From the NCBI GenBank assembly GCA_020344055.1, contig CP070813.1, positions 295,551 to 359,550 of the forward strand: DNA of 64,000 bases, read 5' to 3'. The DNA comes from Candidatus Zixiibacteriota bacterium (GTDB lineage: Bacteria; Zixibacteria; MSB-5A5; UBA10806). The translations under genes and the position numbers were made by a program. Below are positions 57,661 through 64,000 of this stretch, one piece after another (position 1 is the first letter of the stretch; the number at the start of each line of letters is the position of its first letter). The notes under the pieces were generated by a model. It worked only from the letters and a program-made list of their open reading frames with translations, was not told the origin of the DNA and ran no database searches.

Positions 57661-59850
57661 ATGAACGTCAAAGGGTTGCACATTTTGGCAATTGTTGTAG
57701 CCCTGATGATGCCGGGGGAAGCATCGGGACAGGATCCTGATCTACAGGATTCGCTTATTATCGGTAATTTTAATGGATCCGTTATACCGGTGGGGCTTAA
57801 CCAGGAAATCGTTCTTCCCGTATGGATAAAGACCGATGACTCGGTAACATTCTTTCATACTCCTCTGGCGACGGATAATAATTATATAGTCTTGAGACTC
57901 GGGGGCGGGTTATATGAACCTCTGAGTTTATGGGATGAGGTCGGTTTTCTTACGCCCAATCCCAATTCCCCGTCGCCGGGCATGACCAGTCAGAGTATCC
58001 TCGGATTCGCCTATCTTTTCGATCCGCGGGATCCTCAGAATTTCCTTTATACCGATTACGAATGGTGGCATGTTGCCGATTTCCATATGCTGACCACCAG
58101 CGACACCACGGCCATAGGAGATACCGTTTGTCTGATTGAGGGTTTCAACCCGGCAAACGGAGGGTTGCTCTGGGGGATTCCCGACGGAGTGACCCAGATA
58201 GTTCCCGCCGCCATATACCCCTGTCTGTATTTTTCAGATAACGCGCCTCCGGAATTCAGTCAACCTGTTCCCGGAACGGAGTTTCTTGTAAATAACGAGT
58301 TTCCAATTAACTTTCTCGTTATAGCCACCGACGCGGATAATCACGTGATTTCGATCACCGTTTATTTTCCCGAGGATGGCGCTCAGTTCGACACCGTTTT
58401 CATGGCGCCGGGATATTCGAGTTATATGTTCAGCTGGTTGCCCGACTTTGAGGATACCGGCCAATTCATCGCCACCTTTACGGCCGACGATAATCATGGA
58501 GGTGTGGTAAACCTGGATGTCGCCATCAATGTCTCGAGGTCTATTTTGCAGGTCGACGAGGTAAGCGCCTTCCCCGGCATGGACGTGTCCGTTCCCGTTA
58601 ATATCATAAATCCGGGGGAAACCTCCTATATAGGCGGGTTCGATATTCTCCTGCAATATGGAATTCCCGAAATTATAGATCTTTTGAGCGTCGTGCGGGG
58701 ACCGCTGGTTGAAAGCTGGGAATATTTCCACGTGACTCTCGGCGACACCTCGACTATCAGAATAACCGGAATCGCGGACATTTACGGCAACGGAAACATG
58801 ATTCCGCCGGGCGAGGGGCCGATCGCCTTTCTCAATTTCGAGATTTCCGGCGACAGCGTTTATGTAGGCCATTACGCGGAGATAAATTTTATTTACGCGG
58901 ACGGTAACGATAACACTATTTCCGACAGCACCGGGTATCTGCTCATCCATCCCGACGTTGACAGCGGCTGGGTATACAACCAGGATCCCAGCAACGTCCT
59001 CATTGGCGATATAAATTTAAACGAAATAGCCTGGGAGATTTCAGATGCCGTGCTCCTGGTAAACCATATCATCGCCCCCCTTCAATTTCCGTTTAATTAT
59101 GTTCAGATGCTGGCCTCCGATACGAACCGCGACGGGGTTCCGGCGACCGTGCCCGATCTCATATATATAATCAGCGTTATAAACGGCTATATCATCCCCC
59201 CTCGAATAAATTACGAAAATGAGACTTATGCCTCCGTGGTCGCGGAATTCGATGAGATTGACGCTGAAAAGCTGATTTTCAGGTACGAATCATCCATACC
59301 GGCCGGCGGAATTTTAATGAGGTTGGATCATGGCCGGAATGAAATCAGGTCGCTTTCCACAAATACCGGCATGGATCTCCTCTCCGACGACGAAAGTGGA
59401 ATCCTGTCGGTGATGCTTTTGGATTACGACGGCGGCGTCATTCTGCCCGGGGAAGAGATTTTTGAGATGACCGTTTCCGATGGATCCGTTCCCATTGTAA
59501 CCGAGCTGCAGATCTCCGATCAGTACGGGAATTTCATACCGGCCGGATTGAGTCCGGTTTCAAGCATCCCGGAGGGATTCACGCTTTACGGAGCCTACCC
59601 CAACCCGTTCAATTCCTCCACCACCATCAAATTCTCGCTTCCTCAAAAGACCGATGTCGACCTTTCCATATATAATATGCTGGGGCAACTGGTGAAATCG
59701 TTCAGGTTCGAGAATATGAATTCGGGCGAACGCTCTATAAGCTGGGACGGCTCCGGCGACTCCGGCGACGAAGTATCTTCGGGCGTATACCTTTATCGTA
59801 TCACCGCCGGCGGATACGAAGCGGCGTCCCGTTTGACCCTTTTGAAATAA
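57661..59850 (+). CDS. Paralog: cohesin-like + dockerin + T9SS C-terminal sorting domain protein
   Basis: Signal peptide MNVKGLHILAIVVALMMPGEASGQ. Cohesin pattern FPGMDVSVPVNIINPGETSYIGGFDILLQYGIPEIIDLLSV...IRITGIADIYG...GPIAFLNFEISGD. Dockerin GDINLNEIAWEISDAVLLVNHII...SDTNRDGVPATVPDLIYIISVING. C-terminal YPNPFNSSTTIKFSLP...GVYLYRITAG...RLTLLK. 16 nt downstream of its paralog. Confidence 0.75.
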   Translation: MNVKGLHILAIVVALMMPGEASGQDPDLQDSLIIGNFNGSVIPVGLNQEIVLPVWIKTDDSVTFFHTPLATDNNYIVLRLGGGLYEPLSLWDEVGFLTPNPNSPSPGMTSQSILGFAYLFDPRDPQNFLYTDYEWWHVADFHMLTTSDTTAIGDTVCLIEGFNPANGGLLWGIPDGVTQIVPAAIYPCLYFSDNAPPEFSQPVPGTEFLVNNEFPINFLVIATDADNHVISITVYFPEDGAQFDTVFMAPGYSSYMFSWLPDFEDTGQFIATFTADDNHGGVVNLDVAINVSRSILQVDEVSAFPGMDVSVPVNIINPGETSYIGGFDILLQYGIPEIIDLLSVVRGPLVESWEYFHVTLGDTSTIRITGIADIYGNGNMIPPGEGPIAFLNFEISGDSVYVGHYAEINFIYADGNDNTISDSTGYLLIHPDVDSGWVYNQDPSNVLIGDINLNEIAWEISDAVLLVNHIIAPLQFPFNYVQMLASDTNRDGVPATVPDLIYIISVINGYIIPPRINYENETYASVVAEFDEIDAEKLIFRYESSIPAGGILMRLDHGRNEIRSLSTNTGMDLLSDDESGILSVMLLDYDGGVILPGEEIFEMTVSDGSVPIVTELQISDQYGNFIPAGLSPVSSIPEGFTLYGAYPNPFNSSTTIKFSLPQKTDVDLSIYNMLGQLVKSFRFENMNSGERSISWDGSGDSGDEVSSGVYLYRITAGGYEAASRLTLLK

Positions 59851-59891
59851 TATAAATTTGAAAATTTCATATGATGAAAATCCGCCAACTG

Positions 59892-62800
59892 TTATTGGCT
59901 GACCATTGAGAATTCTTTTTTTATTCGGGGTTCTTCGCCGGTTTGCGCTTCGGTCGAGTTTTCCGCTCTGGATAGTATCAGTCTTTTTCTATATCTGTCG
60001 GCCGCATAGCCTTCCGGGAGCGCGGACAGTAATTTTTCCCGGTAACCGTCAGCCCTGAGATTGCATTCTTCGTAAAGATCGATCCTCCCGCAGTTTTTTT
60101 GCAGCGCGCTCTCTGATTCGCAGGCCTGGAGCGCGATGGGGATATATCCCGAAGCCGCCGCTACGCTCTCTGTCTCGATCAAGCTTTCGGCTGCTTTCTG
60201 GTAATTACCCTGTTCGGCCAATATTTCTGTCCTGATTATTTCGGCTCTTAGCCTTATGCTCCTGGGCGTCCACTTTGCTTCGCATATATCCTCAAAATAG
60301 TGCAAAGCGTTATAACGGTTATTATGGTCTTTGTAATATTTCCCCAGGGATAACTGCAATTCCGCGACCAGATCAGTTAAATCATTTTTTTTGGCCTTCG
60401 AAAAAATAACCTTTAGATTTTCAATATTGTCTGTTCCCAGCGCTTCCGACCGGGATTCGGCGGCCACGATCTCCGCCTGGAGTTTAAGCTCGTGTTTTTC
60501 CATAATTGCAGCGGATCTGGATATTCGGTCCGCCATCGTAAGCGAAGCTTTACCGTCGCCCAGCGCCAGGCGGATACGGGCCTTTCTAAGGTCGGTCATA
60601 AGCCTCAGTAATTTGTCTTCATTATATATGCGGTCATTTTCGATCGCCTTAAGCATACTTAAGGCGAGAGAAAAGTTGCCCATCTCCACGGAAACGTCCG
60701 TTAGTTTGAGCTCAGCCACCGTTTTTAAACGTATATTGCAGGAGGTTTCCGCGATCTGTCTCGCGTCCTGAAAGCACTCAATAGCCATAAATAGATCGCC
60801 CGAAATCAAATGGCAGGAGCCCAGATTAAGTAGTGATTCGATTATTTCGTTTTTACGGCCCGTTTTTTCGGAAATTTCCAGCGCCTTTTTAAATTGTCCA
60901 ACCGCATCATCAAAATCCCCATTTTTCGCATGATATTGCCCCAGTTCGTTATGCGACCTTATGGTCATCCTGTGATTAACCAGCTTTTTCGAAATTTCCA
61001 GGGCTTCCGTCATTATATCATACGCATCGTTTTCCGAATCGCGCCGTCTTTCCCGCCGGCCGCTTTCGTAAGCGGCCGGGTATTTGCCGGCGGTTTTTAA
61101 GAGGTGTTCCAGGGAAAGCAAATAATCTTTCTTGTGCCACCACGCCAGCGCCATGATTTCGTTACATTCGGAGAAGCCGATATCGTCTTTCGCGCCCGCC
61201 GGATAATCGCGAGTTCTCTTTATATAATGAAGCGATTTTTTGTAATTTCCGGATAAAAGGTACAGTTCCCCCAGCTTTTTGTAGATCTCGCACCTCGTTT
61301 TTATATCACGTTCATTCAACAAAATATCGATATACATTTTTCTCGCGGTTTTGGAATAACCCATGGCCCGATTAATGTCGCCGTTTATTTCCAGCGCGGA
61401 TAGTCCGTCCGCCGGGTCATTAATTCCGCAGTTGATCAGCGTTTTCGCGAATTTTTCGGCCTTGATATAATTTCCACATTTATAAAATTCTTTTGCGGCG
61501 GCAGCGTTGAATCTATAGCTCTGCTGGATATCGCCGGAAAGAGCCCAGTGATACGCCGTCAGTTCGAGCCTTTCGTTATTATCGCTTATAAGCTCCTCGG
61601 CGTTTAATGCCCAGAATCTGTGATACCGTTGTTGCTCGGAATCCGGGATCAGGTTGTATACGTATTTTCTCAGACCGCCGGATAGAAACGATACCGAATC
61701 TCTGTGGCGAATAAGAATCCCGATGGCGGCCAAATCTTCGACAAGTTCGTGTTTATCCCTTTCGAATTTGACAAACATCAAAAGCGGGATGGTGTTGCCC
61801 CAGGCCGAAAGCATGGAGATTAATTCCCCCTGTTTATCGTTAAGCGTACCGAGCAATCTGCTGTAGAAATATTCGTTTTCCGGGATCGCGACCTCTGTCC
61901 GAAATTCCCCGTCACCCGATTCGGCCATGAGATAATCGAGGCCTTTTTGCCCGCCGGTGTGCTTTAAAAGATAGAAAATCTGTTCGGGATCGCCGCCGGT
62001 CGATTCGCTTAAAGGCCGCAGGTCGATACCCCTGTAATCCCGCTTCAGAAAGGCCTTGAGAGATTCTTCGGTCATACGCATTCGACGCCAGTATTTGATG
62101 GGATCGAAAATCTCGTGTTTGATGCCGGACCTGAACCACCGGCCCGCCGCCGCGGCGATGTGAATATTATGTGGATTCTCGATAATCTTCGCCAGTTTCC
62201 TGAGGTTCTCGTTGGCGAATGATTCCAGGTTATCTATAAGGAGTATTTTCTCGCGCCGGTCTGTTTTGGCAGCCGAGAGGCTATTCTCCAGGACCTTTTC
62301 GATCCGTTCATCATCGTCGGTTTCATGAATCCGAAAACAATCCATCTTTTCGATCCTGTATTGAGCCTCCTGGAAATCGAGCGAGCCGCCGCTGTAAGAG
62401 TAGCCGTTGATGATAAACAGCTTTCCGGGGTCGAATTTTCTGAATGAATCAAATTTCCTTTTGAGCTCCTCGGCAAAGGGCGCCGGGCCCGATGCGAGAT
62501 AATATTCCATCCTCGATTTTTCCAGGGTATCGAAATGGCCGTCGACCCCTAAAACCTTCGCGGCCTGCCTGGCATCCGATGGCCTCCTGTCCGGATCGCG
62601 ATTCAGCATCGATTCCAGGCCCTCGCGAAAACATGCCGGGACGTTATTCATATCGACACGTCCGGTTTCCGCGATATTCTCGATCAGCTCCGATTCATTT
62701 TCAGATTCGAAGGGCAAAACGCCGGCAAGAAGCTGGTAGAACAGGACCCCCATGGAGTATATGTCCGAGGATCGGGTGGTTCCATGACCCCGTATAACCT

Positions 62801-63341
62801 CCGGGGCAAGGTAATGTAATGTCCCTTTCCTGCGGGGCTTGTCGCTTGCCGCCGTCACCAGGTTAAAATCCATGAGCGCGATCTCGGGAACGCTTTTATC
62901 ATTATCGCCGTGTGCTATGATATTGGACGGCTTGAAATCGTTATAGCAATATCCTGAGAAATGAATGAATTGGGCGGCCTCCAGAATCGTGGCGAAAATT
63001 TTTCTTGTTATAGAAAAATACGCGGCGGATTCTGAATGATTCTTTAACGAGAGCATATATTTATCGATGGTGGGGCCCTCAAGGTAAGGCGTTATTATTA
63101 CGGGCCTGTCCTCGTCATAAATAATATCGTGTGGTTTTAGCAGGGAAGGATGGGTGTGCGTGAAAGCGAAGAAGTATTCCTTCTTCAGCGATTCGTTAAT
63201 TTTCCGGTTATCTTCTCCGGGAATTTTTAAGGCGAATCTTCTATCGCTCGACTTATCGACGGCGAGAAATATGCGGGCCGTTCCGCCCTCGCCGATCTTT
63301 CCGGTTATTTCGTATCGTCCCCCAACAAGGCGGGAAACCAT
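59892..63341 (-). CDS. Serine/threonine protein kinase fused to a P-loop/STAND-like region and C-terminal TPR repeats
   Basis: Kinase subdomains I/II (GKIGEGGTARIFLAVDK...FALKIP), catalytic loop YCYNDFKPSNIIAHGD (a variant of HRDLKPSN), DFNLV. Then a ~350-aa middle region and extensive TPR-like repeats. Confidence 0.75.
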   Translation of the reverse strand: MVSRLVGGRYEITGKIGEGGTARIFLAVDKSSDRRFALKIPGEDNRKINESLKKEYFFAFTHTHPSLLKPHDIIYDEDRPVIITPYLEGPTIDKYMLSLKNHSESAAYFSITRKIFATILEAAQFIHFSGYCYNDFKPSNIIAHGDNDKSVPEIALMDFNLVTAASDKPRRKGTLHYLAPEVIRGHGTTRSSDIYSMGVLFYQLLAGVLPFESENESELIENIAETGRVDMNNVPACFREGLESMLNRDPDRRPSDARQAAKVLGVDGHFDTLEKSRMEYYLASGPAPFAEELKRKFDSFRKFDPGKLFIINGYSYSGGSLDFQEAQYRIEKMDCFRIHETDDDERIEKVLENSLSAAKTDRREKILLIDNLESFANENLRKLAKIIENPHNIHIAAAAGRWFRSGIKHEIFDPIKYWRRMRMTEESLKAFLKRDYRGIDLRPLSESTGGDPEQIFYLLKHTGGQKGLDYLMAESGDGEFRTEVAIPENEYFYSRLLGTLNDKQGELISMLSAWGNTIPLLMFVKFERDKHELVEDLAAIGILIRHRDSVSFLSGGLRKYVYNLIPDSEQQRYHRFWALNAEELISDNNERLELTAYHWALSGDIQQSYRFNAAAAKEFYKCGNYIKAEKFAKTLINCGINDPADGLSALEINGDINRAMGYSKTARKMYIDILLNERDIKTRCEIYKKLGELYLLSGNYKKSLHYIKRTRDYPAGAKDDIGFSECNEIMALAWWHKKDYLLSLEHLLKTAGKYPAAYESGRRERRRDSENDAYDIMTEALEISKKLVNHRMTIRSHNELGQYHAKNGDFDDAVGQFKKALEISEKTGRKNEIIESLLNLGSCHLISGDLFMAIECFQDARQIAETSCNIRLKTVAELKLTDVSVEMGNFSLALSMLKAIENDRIYNEDKLLRLMTDLRKARIRLALGDGKASLTMADRISRSAAIMEKHELKLQAEIVAAESRSEALGTDNIENLKVIFSKAKKNDLTDLVAELQLSLGKYYKDHNNRYNALHYFEDICEAKWTPRSIRLRAEIIRTEILAEQGNYQKAAESLIETESVAAASGYIPIALQACESESALQKNCGRIDLYEECNLRADGYREKLLSALPEGYAADRYRKRLILSRAENSTEAQTGEEPRIKKEFSMVSQ

Positions 63342-63343
63342 GA

Positions 63344-64000
63344 TTACCTCAACGGAAGAGTTATTACGATACAGGCGCCCCCGTCCGGGTTATTGATCCC
63401 CGTAATCTGACCCCCATGGCCTTCCAGTATCTTCTTACACGTCGCCAGCCCCAGGCCGTGCCCCTTTTCCTTGGAGGTAAAATGGGGCTCGAAAAGCCGG
63501 GGGAATATCTCCTCCGGTATCCCCGGGCCGTTGTCCGATATTGTCAGAGTAACATTCGAATCGTCGGCTTCGACCGATATTTTTACGACGCCTTTTTCGG
63601 CCTTCCGGCTGTTTATAGCGTCGGCGGCGTTGATCAGGAGATTCAGCAGCACCTGATGGATCTGGCCGGGATCCATCATGATACCGGGAAGGTCCGGAGG
63701 CATATCGATTTCTATGTCGATATTCTTAAATCTCTGCTGCGGTTTTACGAAGAATACCACATCATCTATAACGGGAGCCAGCTCGCTCAGGGACTTGTTG
63801 GTCTCCAGGGCCGAAAAATCCATAAGTCCCGCTGTAAAACGTTTCATCCTGTCGATACTGTTGACGATCGATTCAACTTTTTCAGAGACCTTCTCAAACC
63901 TCTCCGATTCGATATATTTCGGCAGAAGCTGGGCGCCGGACATTATGGCGGTAAGGTAGTTGTTCATTTCATGCCCGATGGCGGCCGCCATCTCGCCTTT
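63344..64000 (-). CDS. Sensor histidine kinase, C-terminal part (HisKA + HATPase_c); 5' end lies beyond the window
   Basis: H-box AAAIGHEMNNYLTAI; N box LLNLLINAADA; G boxes ISDNGPGI, GHGLGLATCKKILEGHGGQI. Confidence 0.85.
   Translation of the reverse strand, partial: KGEMAAAIGHEMNNYLTAIMSGAQLLPKYIESERFEKVSEKVESIVNSIDRMKRFTAGLMDFSALETNKSLSELAPVIDDVVFFVKPQQRFKNIDIEIDMPPDLPGIMMDPGQIHQVLLNLLINAADAINSRKAEKGVVKISVEADDSNVTLTISDNGPGIPEEIFPRLFEPHFTSKEKGHGLGLATCKKILEGHGGQITGINNPDGGACIVITLPLR

Noticed and set aside
1-64000. tRNA, rRNA, CRISPR arrays, transposases or integrases
   Set aside because: I scanned intergenic regions (for example 1953-2184, 5370-5597, 9192-9392, 13507-14078, 15372-15660, 18515-19006, 27178-27619, 31393-31617, 41450-41974) for T-loop GGTTCGA-type motifs, repeat-spacer periodicity and transposase/integrase motifs. 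Nothing convincing was found. Duplication footprints are present, but no mobility gene.

Overview
The window is about 64 kb of bacterial DNA, roughly 50% GC by eye, with no rRNA, tRNA, CRISPR array or transposase visible. It looks like a metagenome-type contig from a type IX secretion system (T9SS) bearing lineage (Bacteroidota/FCB-like candidate phylum). The evidence is at least five proteins with the NYPNPFN...YFYRL C-terminal domain typical of T9SS substrates.

Housekeeping content:
- ispG-ispH-pdxT-pdxS operon.
- A 2-oxo acid dehydrogenase operon (E1alpha - hotdog thioesterase - E1beta - E2 - E3).
- lipB, queG, an Rrf2 regulator, a PP-loop ATPase, ferritin, ferredoxin, tldD/tldE, ogt, an ECF sigma factor, a MalK/UgpC-type ABC ATPase.
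- A Ser/Thr kinase-TPR giant protein and a partial histidine kinase.

Accessory content (the notable part) is a large secretome:
1. At least six proteins with unrelated N-terminal modules all end in the same ~85-aa Cys-containing tail. The tail is two dockerin-like calcium-loop repeats, GDVNGSxSYNGLDITYGV.YFKGG, finishing ...PCPDCPP.G. The N-terminal modules are beta-propeller repeats, SBBP repeats, an S41 peptidase, a glutaredoxin-like CPYC domain and a beta-helix.
2. Two tandem paralogs carry a cohesin module plus a dockerin module plus a T9SS C-terminal domain.
3. One small protein has an N-terminal dockerin and a C-terminal cohesin-like module.
4. One beta-propeller paralog has the dockerin-like tail replaced by an IPTL-CTERM sorting tail.
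5. There is a T9SS-tailed S8 protease and LVIVD propeller proteins.

Together this looks like a surface-anchored, non-cellulolytic cohesin-dockerin assembly in a T9SS organism.

Other points: a single in-frame TGA splits one family member; 45-bp direct repeats and duplicated ~200-nt leaders mark recent duplication or insertion of family members; several short structured repeat elements sit between these genes.
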